Source of the DNA: Leucoraja ocellata
Lineage: Eukaryota
Length of the DNA stretch: 64,000 nucleotides
Assembly (NCBI GenBank): GCA_036785375.1
Contig: JAWMAR010000005.1
Coordinates: 248,001-312,000, forward strand
Reading direction: 5' to 3'
Positions 52,025 through 64,000 of this stretch are shown here, piece after piece. Made by a program: the position numbers and the translations under genes. The notes under the pieces were generated by a model, which saw only the letters and a program-made list of their open reading frames with translations, was not told the DNA's origin and made no database searches. Position 1 is the first letter of the stretch, and every line of letters begins with the position of its first letter.

Positions 52025-55000
52025 TGGCAGTGTTACTGATAGTGAAGAATAATGTTTGCTGCCACTGGAGGGCAGCACTAGATTGTCCATTGATTGTGTG
52101 GCATGTGGAATTCAATCCAGAGAAGTGTGAAGTGATCGATGGACATAACATGCTGTAGTAACTCAGTGGGTCAGGCAGCATCTCTGGAGAAAAGGATAGG
52201 TGACATTTCGGGTCAAGACCCTTCTTCAGACCAACTTCAGACCTTCTTTGTGTCAGAAGAAGGGTCTCGACCTCTGTGAAATCTCCTCAAGGCATGCCTA
52301 TTTCATGGAGGTTCTCCTCTGATGGGAGTTCGGCAACACCCTTTCTCGCTGCTACTCCTCTGTGGCTGAAGAAGGGTCTCGACCTGAAACGCCACCTATT
52401 CCTTTTATCCAGAGTTGCTGAGTTACTCCAGCATTTTGTCTACCTTCGGTGTAAACCAGCATCTACAGTTCCTTCCTATACACAGTGAAGTGATAGATTT
52501 TGGGCAGGGCCAACTTGGTTAACTCCTTGTAGCCGAACCCCCTGATGGCATCTGGGCATTCTGGATCAGAGCACACCACCACTCCTTTGGGATTGGCATT
52601 AGAGAGCAACTGGACACTGGAAGATCCTGAAAAGATAAGACTATTGTTTAAAGTCATTGGTGAGTAAAGGTGACTCTGGCATGAATGATAGATTAGGATA
52701 CATAAATAATTAATTTACATATACCACCAAACGATGTTCAAAATAACTGGGATGATGCGTTAAGAAGAGAGTGGTTTGATATTGACGGATCTAAAATATA
52801 TGTCGACATATTTTCCCTCAATAAATTCCATCTTCCATAGTCTGGCCACTCAATGCCTCTGTCTGTATCTTTGTAATTTGCACGACATCCTCTGCTTCCT
52901 AATTCAGTCGTGTCTGTAAACATGGAACATCATGTGAACAAGTGTGAACATCCGGTCACTGTCTAAACTATGAACTGAGTTTCACTCGCAACTTTGCTGT
53001 CTGAACCGCTAAATGCTTCCAGGATTTTCCTTCAGATCTGATTTTGCTTTTATATATAACTCTGAATTCTCCCATTTGGTTAAAAGTGAAGATCCCTAAG
53101 GATTACCAAGGATTGCCATTTGACACACTCAGCGAATCAAGGAACTTCTCTGTCTCTTGTTTTACAAAATCACCTCATATTTTGTGTGTTCACATTTTTG
53201 GAACCTAATGAAATCCTTTGTGCAAATTAAATGGAGGCAATATCCACAAAAGTTTCATCATCATCACTGACAATGAGGGAGGAGTTGTTGTCTTCAAGCC
53301 ATATTACTGAGCTCTCTATCTCCTTCCTCTCCGTCTGTGAAAAAGACTGTGATTGCTGACAAGACTCTCAACTGTTCATGTACCAAGTCTCACATTTCTG
53401 CTCTCAATCCCTCTCCGTCCACCCAGAACAAGGATAGGGTTCCACTTGTCCTCATCTCCCACCTCTGTCAGTTCCACATTGTTAATGAGGGTTTTCCCAC
53501 AGAGTAATTGTGGCAAAGGACATTGGCTTAGAATAGCAGATTCCCACTAGTCACAGAACTCCAGCCAGAATATCTTCCTTCCACACCCCTGCGTCTTCTA
53601 TGAATAAGCCATTTCTGAATGCATATGACCAAGTAATCGTGAATTCTAGACATCTTACATTTCTGGATCAGCTTATCATGAGAAAATTATCAAAAACCTT
53701 ACTAAAATCCATGTCTACAACATCCTCTGCCTAACCTTCATCAATTAATAGTGCAACTCCTCCAGTACATTTACCTCCCTCTCAACCACACTTGAAACAT
53801 CAAAAACCGGAACATTAAGCTGCAAGTTATGTCCTGTTTGATAGCTTGATATAAATGATTATCATATCATAAGATCATGTGATAGGAGCAGAATTAGGTC
53901 ATTCAGCCCATCAAGTCTACTCCACCATTAAATCATGGCTGATCTATCTCTCCCTCCTAACCCCATTCTCCTGCCTTCTCCCCATAACATCTGACACCCG
54001 TACTAATCAATATTGTTATCTGGATGAGAAAACAGGAGAGACACTTGGGTATAAAGAGAGCAAAATACTACTTTAAATATAAATTAGGAGAGGAAAGGGG
54101 CAAGAAAAAATATCACTGACAGTCAAAATTAAGAAGCATCCCAAGGTTTGAACAATTGTATTAGAGTAAGAGGGTAACCAGGGAAAGAGTAGGAGCCAAG
54201 GAAAGTGAGGGCTGTTGCAAAGAACAATGGGGACCCGGCATGGGGGGGATTGCATTGAGGGACAGTGGGCGAACAAAGTGGGAACTTTAATTTTAGGATC
54301 CTCTTCTGCATTTGTTTGTTTTGTTTGTTCGTTCGTTCTGGTTAAGGTGCTGTGCACATGGCAGCCAGCCAACAATTGCTTGGCTTTTTCTTTTTTTTCA
54401 CTTTTAATTTCAAGTACTTGTGTACCTTGTGTGTTGTTACTGTTGGCAGAACAATTTCCCTCCGGGGATGAATAAAATGTTATCGTTTCGTATCGTAAAA
54501 CTGCTGCCAGATGTTGTGAAGTTTTGTATCATCTGCCCGACAGGAGAGGGGACAAGTAGGAATAACAGGGGAGAGAATGGTCTTTCACGATGTTGGTTGC
54601 TTTCCCCAGGCAGCGTGGAGTGTAGGGTAGAGTAATTGCCAAACTAGGCTGTGATGTAATCAATAGGATGCTTTCTGCGGTCCATGTGTAGACATTTGTA
54701 AGAGCTGTTGGAAGCATGCTAAATATCCTTAGTCTTCTTTATCTGACTCTGCAACAGAATCTTACATATACTAAATGAATGTTACTAGAACTGCCAGCTT
54801 TGTTCCTGATTTACTGCTCAGTTTAACACAGTGTGTACAGTCAACAAGCATTTACATGGAGCAGGATTTAACCTTTGATATTCAGTGTTTGTACTTTTGA
54901 GCTGTTGCTTTTACCAAAGGTATTGTTTGTAATTTCAGTGCAGAGTGAAAGAGCGAAGCTCAGGAGAAAACAAAAGAGTTTACAAATTGAGGATACATGT

Positions 55001-55102
55001 GCAGAACATTCATAAATATCCAAGAGCTTTCATGCTGCCAGTCATTTCAAATTATTTTTGTGGTCATCGTCTGTTCTGATCTTTGGTTGTTATTACCCAT
55101 AG

Positions 55103-55453
55103 GTCTAACAGCAAACACAGTCATGATCCAATCCCCAGGAGCTCTGGTGGTGCGTGAAGGTGAAACAGTGGAGATACGGTGTGTCCTGAACAGCACCAAT
55201 GTGATTAACACTGTGAACAAATTCGACGTTCACTGGTTCAACTCACGTAATGGAGGAGTCAAACTTAGTCTTTATCTCAATGGCCACATTTACAGGTCAC
55301 TGGGCTTCTCCGATCGATTTCAGCTTTCCAGGAACGTCACCAGTAACAGCTACTCACTGACCATCAGAGAGGTGAAGATTGCCGACTCTGCTGATTACAT
55401 CTGTGGCCTTTGGGGGACTTTATTTGGAAAAGGAACCAAGCTGAATGTAACCA
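55103..55453 (+). CDS. Gene 2, exon 2: germline-joined VJ domain V1, paralogue of the gene 1 V
   Basis: cccatag|GT ... ACC A|gtgagt, 351 nt, phase 1-1; DSADYICGLWGTLFGKGTKLNVT; 74/109 aligned residues identical to gene 1 V by hand count. Confidence 0.93.
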
Positions 55454-56351
55454 GTGAGTATTTAAATTGGTTCTATTTCCAATCCAAACATCATGAGGAA
55501 TCATGATGTCGTATTGTCAGTTTTACAGAGACAAACATCATTAGAAGTTCACACTGCAAAATAGAGAATGAAAATAGGCCAAATTTATTTTTTAACTGAA
55601 TAATGCAGATCACTCGTTACTGCGTTCTGAGATCAGGATGGAGAATGTAATTCGGCATTGCCAGAGAGGTACACATAGTGTGAACAGATGAATGTAAAGA
55701 AATTACAGTATAGGTAGGCTAGTTTCTTCATTTATAATCACTTTGCTTGAGTTTACTTTATTGTCACGTCTACCGAGGTACAGTGAAAAGCTTTTGTTGT
55801 CTGCTAACCAGTCAACGGAAAGACAATACATGATTACAATCGTGCCATTCACAGTTTATGCACAGTCACTATTAGTTGCACCATCTGCCACACTGAGATC
55901 AATAACTCATTGGTCAGCATGGGCTCAGTGGACTGAAGGACCTGTTTCCATGCTGCATCTCTACACTAAAGTGAACTAACATTACCACCTCAATGATCTA
56001 TCTGTACTATTCCCATACCCTCTTATTCCTCCAATATACAGAGATCTGCTTATCTCTGTGTAGAAGGCAACCAAGGACTAAATAAACGACTAAACAAAGC
56101 TAAATGAAAAATGAAATCCCCATTGTGAGGCAACACCGGAGGGAGAGAAAGAGAAAGAGAGAGTGAAAGATAATCGTGAACAGTTGCAATCAGCTGCAAT
56201 CATGATTTTAATATCAGATACTAACCAAGTTAGCATCACTTTTACATGAGGTTATCTAATGACAAAGGATGAATGTATTTTAAGTTGAAACACATGAAGT
56301 ATTTAGCAACTCCAACATTAGTGTTCATCTGTTGATATTTTCCCTTTCAAG

Positions 56352-56696
56352 TTGCAAATCCTCCGATCCTGATCCAATCCCCGAGGCTGGAGCGTGTCAC
56401 TGAGGGTCACACGGCACGGTTACGGTGCTCCATGGAGAACGCTGAAGTGGGAAACACTGACGTCCACTGGTACCGAGAACTACCCGGGCTGGACATGGAG
56501 TGGGTTTTAACACACGAGGCAGGAGGCAGCGTACGAAGGAGACCCGGCTTCACTGAGCGGTTCCAGCCGTCCAAAGACGCCTCCAACAGCAGCTTCATCC
56601 TGACGGTCACAAACGTGACGCTCAATGACTCTGCCGTCTATTACTGCACAGTGTGGGGAGATATCAGAGGGAATGGAACCCAGCTCAGCGTAGCCA
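56352..56696 (+). CDS. Gene 2, exon 3: second germline-joined VJ domain V2, with an IgL/TCR-gamma-like framework
   Basis: ccctttcaag|TT ... GCC A|gtgagt, 345 nt, phase 1-1; LIQSP, LRC, VHWYRELPG, MEWVL, DSAVYYCTVWGDIRGNGTQLSVA. Confidence 0.92.
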
Positions 56697-57849
56697 GTGA
56701 GTACAAATTATATTTGGTTTTATTTGCCTATGTGTAACTATATTGGGTATAATTCACTTCCCTTGAATTGGCACATGTACCGGGAGTACTGAAAGAGAAA
56801 GAGTAAGGAGATCGTACTGGAGCCCTGATTCTGGAGACCAAAACATTGTGGCCCCTCACTAATGGAGTGAGCACTGATATGGTAACTGATGTCAGATCTG
56901 CGTTGTGGGAAATAAATTTCAATGTGCAGTGTGTTCTTCATTGTAGAGAAAACTGGAAATAGTGTTCAGTGCTCAGTGTAATAGCAGGGCACTGCTCACA
57001 GCTGTTTGAGTTAAGGTACAGGAGAGCAGAACTGCAACTTGTCATGGCTTTAGATTAACCAATGCTGCCTCCTTATTTCAATGGTTCAATAGTTCTTTAT
57101 TTGTCATATATGCATCTGGGCAGTGAAATTATTTTTGCATATATTACACTTGCTGGCACTGCCATGTTTTGGCGTCATGATCATTCAAAGTGCAACGTCC
57201 GGTCAGCCCACAGCTCGTTGTACTGGAGTAGTTCCAACAAACCGACATCCCTCTCCTCTCCTCGCCCGGCCATCGTTGTGTCCTGGGGGTGCCTCCAGCA
57301 GACTATCTGGAGGAGATGGAGACATTTCCCTGGTTCAACCTCGCACCGGCCCTTGCTCTTTGTGTCTGACATCTCCAGCTTTCTCCCGGTCATGCCAACC
57401 GATGAGCCTTTTGACGGGTTCCCAGTCCCGCCGACCGATGAACCTTCGGGCTTGTTTTCAACCAGGAATCACTGATACTTGAACCACTCACAGAGCAGAG
57501 GCAACAACAACAACAACAACTACGCTGTCACTGGATCCAAGGCCAGGGCTCTGGAACTGGCTGAGAAGAAACAGGTTACACGTTGATCACCTGTGTTCAT
57601 GCCCTCCCTCAGGCTGACAGTTCATTGTTGTCTGGATCTGAGTCATTGCTCATCTGCATTGTGTTGATGCAGGCCCCCTAATCCATGTTAAATAGTGCGA
57701 AGCACGGTTGAAATTCCCCCTCAATATAATCTCCATGTTCCAATGAAGTAGATAACTCATTGAACCATTGGCAGCAAAGGAAAGATAAGAATCCAACACA
57801 AAGGCAGAAGGGGGTACTGTCCTGTGCACAGCTGCCCAGCCTGCAGCTG

Positions 57850-58672
57850 TCTGTCTCTTCATCTTTATTTTTTATTTTAGTTAGTTAAGTGTTTTGTTTG
57901 GAGGTCTAGACTTTTTTATGTGGGAGATGGGGTGGGTGGGGGGGGGGGGGGGGGGACTACCTTTCAGGGTCCCTACCTGGTCGGAGAGGCAGCTTTTCTC
58001 CGGGCTGCAGCCTCGACCCGTCATCGCGGCCTACCAGCGGGCCTGGAGCGGCGTTTCCTGTCGGGGACCGCCCAGAACCAATGCTTCGGCGGCGGCACAG
58101 CGCTGGAGCGCTATCGCGGAGTGGGTGATGCCTTGCCCGGGTCACCGCGCTGGAGCTCCGGTGAGCTGAGACCACCGGGTAAAACATCGCGGAGCTGCGG
58201 GACTGTGGAGCGGCCAGCTGCGGGCGGCGGCGCTGAACTTTACAATGGGAGCCTGGGATCTCTAGATGAGATCGCCAGTTGTGGAGCTCCAACCGGCGCG
58301 GCCTTGTTGGCTTCAGAAGCCGCGGCCTCCAGTGCGGAAGCGGCTGTTCCAGGGTTCCCAAGCCGCTGGGAGGACTCTCCCGATGCCGGAGCAACATCAC
58401 CCGGCGAGAACGGCCTGGAACATCGGGCCTCCGTAGAGGCAACTGTGGAGGCCTCAATGGGCCCGACAATGGGTGAACTGGGGTTGGGGACTGGACTTTG
58501 TGCCTTCCCTCATGGTGGGAGCCATTGTGGGGGGATGTTCTTTGTGTTTAAGACTCTTATTGGTGTTATGTCTGTATTCTTTTTTTGTGTGCTGCAAAAT
58601 GGCAAAAAGCATTTCACTTCACTACACCTGGGTGTATGTGAATGTGACTAATAAAATACCTTTGATACCATT
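57850..58672 (+). repeat. Unclassified GC-rich interspersed repeat
   Basis: CpG-rich island within an AT-rich intron, ending in AATAAA plus a short tandem tail; overlapping ORFs have no domain motifs. Confidence 0.5.
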
Positions 58673-58999
58673 GAAGAGGGTCAACGTGGATGTATGAAAT
58701 AGACATCATGGTTGAGGAATATTTTAAAGCTCACATTGTTAGATGTTTGTAACTAGCAAAGTAGGGTTGGGTTTTTCAATGAGCCATACGGAGACAGTAG
58801 CTGTAGATGAGATTGACCATTATTCATCACAAGCAGACACATAGATGGAAGAATCTCCTGGAGGAACTAGAATTAGCAGCAGGTATTCAAGCTGAGAGGC
58901 TGTGACTAGTGATTGGTGGTGCAGTGTTTGGTGCTGGGACACTCACTGTTCACAATCGAGGATGAGGAGATCAAGTATATATATATATATGTTCACATA

Positions 59000-59845
59000 G
59001 TATGAAAGATACATCTTCTAGATGCACTGGGACGCATCCTCAATAATGTGACCTGGGGACATCGGGTGTTTCAAGTCTCACAACATCAGGCACCCTCGCC
59101 AAGGCGTCCCAGCCAGGGTTGATCAGGTCCCAACTTGCGTCCAAGCAGCAACCGCCCACGGATCAGCCCTCTTAATCCAAAGCCACCTAGTGGCTTTCTC
59201 TGCGGCTGCGCTTGCGGATTGAATGGTCCTCTTCTTTGCCAGCCCCGTAAAGCCCAACTGGTTGAGGACTTTCAGAGTGAGCGTCCTGCAAAGCCTCTAC
59301 AGCCCACCTCTATGGGATCATAGTATGTCTTCCAGCCTCTGTCCTGGCATATCTCCACCAGTTCCTGGTACTTTGCACGTATCATCTCGTTAGCCTCTTC
59401 AATACGCTCTTCCCAGGGCACTGTCAGCTCCAGAATGAACAGCTGTTTTGTCACTTCGGAGGTGATGATCATGTCTGGCCGGAGTGATGTTGCTGTGATG
59501 TGCTGTGGAAATTTCAGCTGTTTGCCCAGATCGACATGCAGCTGCCAGTCAGTGGCTGTGTAGAGGAGGCCCATCCATGTTTTTGGTTGTGGTCGAGGCT
59601 TCTCTCCAGCTTTGACAAATGTGATTGATTTCTATGGAGCGTTGTGGTGTTTGCTGTTACCAATGGCAGTGGCTATGCTCGCAGCAACCACCTTGAGCAC
59701 CGGCTCATGGCGCAGCCAATAGCGACCTTCCCCAAGGGACTTTGGACAGCTGACGAGGAGATGTTCTAATGATCCTCTGCCTGAGCCCCACCGTCCTGTT
59801 CTCACACTCTTCCTCCACACCTGCTCGGACCTCTTCCTGAGCCAT
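59000..59845 (-). mobile_element. 3' fragment of a HERO-like non-LTR retrotransposon with a restriction-like endonuclease
   Basis: SLEHLLVSC..GRYWLRH, LRPDM..ELTVPWEERIEEANE..RAKY, PIEVGCRGF (PD-D/E-xK type motifs). Confidence 0.85.
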
Positions 59846-59958
59846 GAACAACAGTAACATTCCGACCATCACCAATGTCTCCATCAATGACACTGCTGTC
59901 TACAACTGCAGTGTGTGGAGTTACATCTATGGAGCAGGGTCCCAGCTCAATGTAACTG
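59846..59958 (+). pseudogene. Gene 2 relic of a third VJ exon (NNSNIPTITNVSINDTAVYNCSVWSYIYGAGSQLNVT), 5' part lost at a LINE junction
   Basis: E-F-G strands and an intact phase-1 donor G|gtaagt; YYC degraded to YNC; directly abuts the HERO-like fragment; no acceptor or 5' half found. Confidence 0.82.
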
Positions 59959-60411
59959 GTAAGTCATTGTTTGCCTACACTGACGATAACAGCAGCTTAT
60001 ACTTCAACCTTCACGCAATGACTCACCGACACATGGAAACTCTGTGACCACTCCCAGTAAAACAGAGAGTAGGGAAGGTATCCTTGGCGTGTAAAGTGCA
60101 ACAGCTAGGAAATAGAAAAGTGTGTGAAAGGACGAGTACAAGGAAACTAAAATCAAAAGTGTAAATAGTCTCCGCAAATGGTTTGTGAATGAAAAAGGAT
60201 TATTCTTTGCGTTTCAGTTGTCAGAGATGGAAGATATTACCAACTAATAGCAGAAAGTCAAATAGTCATACAGTGTGGAAACATGCTCTTCTGCCCAACT
60301 TGCCCACACCGGCCAACATGTCCCAACTACACTAGTCCCACCTGCCTGTGTTTGGCCCATATCCCTCCTGAAACAAATCAGAATAAGGAGAGAAAGAGGA
60401 TAACTTGAGTT

Positions 60412-61990
60412 ATTTTACTTTGGAGTCACGTGAGTGACTACGTGAAGAGCCCGCCAGCGCGTCATTACGTCTAACGCATGGCGCACGACTGGCTGGCAGG
60501 CGCGTCGCTCCTCCAGCGGTAAGTTTCGAAACCTGAAGGTAAGTTTCAAACTTATTTTTCAGGTTGTGCTTATTACTTGCAGGAATCTCTTTCACAGAGT
60601 TCCTGCTGGATGACGTTCCGGGGTCTAAATCCTGTCTCGTCAGGGAAACCCAGCTACGGAGACCGCAGGAATCCTGGCTCCGCAGGGAGAAACCCGGCTT
60701 GAGGAAACCCGGCTACGGAGACCGCAGGGAATCCCGGCTCCGTGGGGGGTACCCGGCTCGCAGGCCGGTTGACTCGGACGAGTCCGGCCGGGAGGGTTCA
60801 CCTCCTGCTGTGGGGAACGTCTTCGGACGTCTTTCCCGGATGGAGAATCTCATGGAAAAGATGCTCCACCATGATATACTCCAAGGAACGGAGTCATATC
60901 AGCGCGGGTCTCGGGGGTCTGCGGCAGCACCTGGTGCAGGGCTGCATTATATCTCCCTCTTTGAGGAGGGGAGCGTAGGCAGTCAGTTTTGGGCTGACTC
61001 GTAGTTCGGTGGTATGTCTGGGGAACATTCCACGGCACGCCAGCTGCGTGAAGTAAAAAGGAGGGTTCCCCTCCATGGTCCTTATCCAGGTGGAGCATGG
61101 ATGCGTCCACAGGGCGTTCATCCCACTGAGGAGATGGTCCATCCTGATGTGGTCCGTGGACGGGGCCATATCAGCGCATATCTTATCGGGGACCTGCAGC
61201 AGCGTCTGTTGCAGGGCTGCTTACAAATCTCCCTCTCTGTGGAGGGGAGTGCGAGGGGTCAGTGTGTGACTGACTACAAACTCGGACGTATGTTTGTGAA
61301 ACATACTAGAGTGCATGCATGAGGTTCAAGAATCCTGTTATGGCATCAAGGGTTACAATATCCACGCAAACGGAGGAGCCGCTGCAAGGAAGAGTTGGCT
61401 TCCAGCCTAGCAGAAAATCCGGGGGGCGAGGGGGTGCAGAATTTCCCCTCACATTACAAGCTTGGTAAGCATCAGTGACCTCACATCACATCATTACAGG
61501 AACAAAGTGTCGCTATCCGGGGAGACTATGGATGGCGAGGCCAGCGATGTCCAGCCGCCAAATCTTCTCCTTGGAGAAGACCTAGCCAAACGGGTAAAAA
61601 ACCTGGATGAGGAAGTAAAGCTGTCGGACTAGTCAAGGTACCTACGATGAGCAAAAGCCTCACCGTTTTGGCGACAACACCCCTTCACCTCCATCGGCAG
61701 TAAGTGGTTCACTGAAGCTGGTGGCAGCTTGAAAGCTGATTCTCTGGGCAGATGTCTTTTAGTCCAATGCCCAAGCCGGCCCTGAGGGAAAATGTGCAAT
61801 CCACGCACCCCAGCAGTCCTATCCTCCAATTCAAGGAAGGAATTAAAACCTGAGGATGGAAACAGAATCCGCATCAGGGGCCTTTGGGCTTACCATAAGA
61901 CCACTGGTAACCATGTGGGTCTGGTTCTTTCCGAAACATGGTGTGTGTGGATGAGTTACGAGTTGGTAATAGATTACACTTGTTTTTGCA
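60412..61990 (+). mobile_element. 5' fragment of a second DIRS-type element (gag-like region); right end approximate
   Basis: First 43 bp match the terminus of the 48565-52024 element at 42/43; decayed gag-like sequence follows. Confidence 0.75.
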
Positions 61991-63718
61991 CGAATGTCAA
62001 CGAATAACATCCGATCAGTTTATGCTGCACAGTATACAAGGATTCCAAATTGAATTTCCTTTTGGCCCTGTGCACGATAACATCGGGATCTGACCTGGTT
62101 GGTGACCAACTCCAAACTCCAGCAACAGCAGCTTCGTCCGCCCCGAATCGTGGGGCTTGAATCAACCCATTCACGGGGCCTTTCATCGCCCGAGGCCGAT
62201 TTCAGTCCGTGCCGGGTGATGAAAGGCCCCGCGAATGGGCCGATTAATGCTCCGCTCTATGATCTTTGCTCCACTAGGACGCCTCCCTCCTCCAATCACC
62301 GCGCTTTATACTCAGTCCCACCCCCCTACTTCCGCCTCTGACCGACACTCCCTCCTCCAATCATCGCGCTGAATCATCATGTCCCCCCCCACCCCCCCCC
62401 CCATTGCTTGCTAACCGGCATCCTCTAGTCCAATCGACGCCCTCGAACATCCGTCCCACCCCCTCTGTCTTGCGGAAAGCGGAGATTTTTAGTAGATTTG
62501 TTTTTAGCCGAATTTCAAAATCTGGATTACAAAACATGTCCCCCACCTCTCAAAACATGGAGGGGACGTGTGTCCCCATGTCTCCCCGGGATAGCCACCC
62601 ATGAAAACAGTACATAATAGCGCAACAATTTTAGGCCCAATTTACTCACTATTTGCCTGGAGTGTGGTGTAGCAATTTTCGTTCGATTTGACAAAGTATT
62701 TCCCTTTAAAAAAATTACATTTTCTTTTTACCACTCGGGCCTGCTGCACTCCCACTTGCCGGCCCCGTTAGCTATATGCTTCCTATTTTCTCTTTATCCA
62801 ACCCTCTGCATCCTTGGTTCCCTATTCTTGTTACTTTTGACAATCACCCTTACACAAATATGTTGACCTTAAGTTCTTGTTTTTTTCTCCTTTGAATGCT
62901 TCCCACTGTGCAGATTTTGACTTACAGATAAGTAAATTTGCCAGGTCCTGGCTTAATGTTGTGAAATTGGCCCTCCCCCAAAGTAAGCCCCCTATTCCAA
63001 TCTATCTCTGTCATTTTACGTAACCATTTTGAAATATACAGATTTATGGTCAATGGGGCGACAGAGTGGCGCTGTGGTAGAGTTGCTGCCTTATAGTGCC
63101 AGAGACCCATGTTCAATCCTGACTAGGAGTGCTGTCTGTACGGAGTTTATATGTTATCCCTGTGACCACCAGAAGGCCAGGCAGCATCTGTGGAGAAAGA
63201 AAAACAGAAGTAAAACATTTCTGTGAGAAGGAAGGAATCGGTAGTACAAAGGAAATATCTCTGATTGAATTCAATGTGAGGATGTGTAAGCATATTATGC
63301 TTCCTTGGCCGTGAGATGTGTTGTTAATAGTGTGCTCAAGGACACATCTAGCAGGACAAACTGTGCTAAAATGATGATGGGAAGAAACAATAAGTTACCC
63401 TGAGAGATGCCACTGAAATGTCTTCCTTCTTTCTGAACAGTGGCTTCTCCTCTACTGGAGTGGACAGAGTCCTTAATCACATCTTATTGATTTTCCCACA
63501 TCTATGCTCTCACTCTTCATCTTTCCAGGAATGGATAAGATCATAGTTCCCTTGCTCCTTACCTTCCACCCAGAAACCTGCCATATTTATCCAATCATTC
63601 TTTGCATTTTTCACCAGATCCAATAAAATCCCTCGTCCGTCCCCAGCAACCACTCGCACTCATGCGGCATGTCTCCATGCAAAAACACAGGAGAAGCAAC
63701 ACTTGACTTTTCACCTCT

Positions 63719-64000
63719 TCCCTTCCCACCGTCCAGGGACACAAATAGCCTTTCCAGGTTAAGCAATGAATGACTTGCACTTTTTCCAAACGGATGTACA
63801 GCATTTGGTGTTCTCTGCGTGGTCTCTTCCACATGGAGGAAATTAAACATAGTTGACACAAAGTGCTGGAGTAACTCAGTGGGTCAGGCAGCATTTCTGG
63901 TGAAAAAAGATGGGTCAGATCAGAAACGTTTTTCAGACAGTGTAACAGTGCAGGGTGTAAACATGGGTTCTAACACAAAAACGTCACCCATCCTTTTTAT
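63719..64000 (+). repeat. Paralogous copy of the 20521-20807 intron block, in gene 2
   Basis: Shares idiosyncratic substitutions and the insertion junction with 20521-20807. Confidence 0.85.

Noticed and set aside
52546-52659. ATG-to-gtgagt phase-1 segment as an alternative first exon of gene 2
   Set aside because: Peptide (MASGHSGSEHTTTPL...) has no hydrophobic signal core; the 42157 exon has homology and promoter support
56647-56653. Perfect RSS heptamer CACAGTG at the YYC-T-V codons of gene 2 V2
   Set aside because: No ACAAAAACC-like nonamer at 12 or 23 bp; explained by the Cys-Thr-Val codons
57894-58697. Overlapping GC-rich ORFs up to 243 aa
   Set aside because: No domain motifs; open frames on both strands are expected in a GC-rich repeat
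14298-59958. Interpretation as a rearranging or germline-joined Ig light-chain/TCR cluster
   Set aside because: No C1 exon, RSS or separate J segments seen; in gene 1 the V exon is followed by TM and ITAM exons
60218-60290. Acceptor-like tttcag after the V3 relic as a gene 2 TM exon
   Set aside because: No hydrophobic stretch; runs into a LINE/SINE tail

Overview
Repeat-rich eukaryotic genomic DNA from a cartilaginous fish, probably a skate or ray (inferred from HE1/V-type SINEs plus CR1, Penelope and DIRS content). The left end holds the last four coding exons of the nicotinic acetylcholine receptor alpha-2 gene (CHRNA2, + strand). Downstream is the main finding, assembled by hand from splice sites: a tandem pair of non-rearranging, antigen-receptor-like Ig-superfamily genes. 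Gene 1 (14298-24260) is complete. It has a signal-peptide exon, one exon with a germline-joined V+J domain (C...W...DxxxYxC-GIWGNI-FGKGTQLIVT) and a transmembrane exon with a juxtamembrane Cys and an intramembrane Glu. Its tail carries a YENN motif and a full ITAM (YMDL-x7-YGHL) split by an intron at the canonical ITAM position. Gene 2 (from 42157, running off the right edge) has a paralogous promoter and leader, two intact VJ exons and a third VJ exon disrupted at a HERO-type LINE. Intron homology predicts its TM exon about 0.6 kb beyond the window. No C1 domain or complete RSS is seen. The rest is transposons: a Gypsy LTR element, a young Penelope element with minimal hammerhead ribozyme motifs, two DIRS fragments, hAT/MITE elements, CR1/Rex1/RTE LINE fragments and SINEs. 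All gene models are manual predictions with no expression or database evidence.
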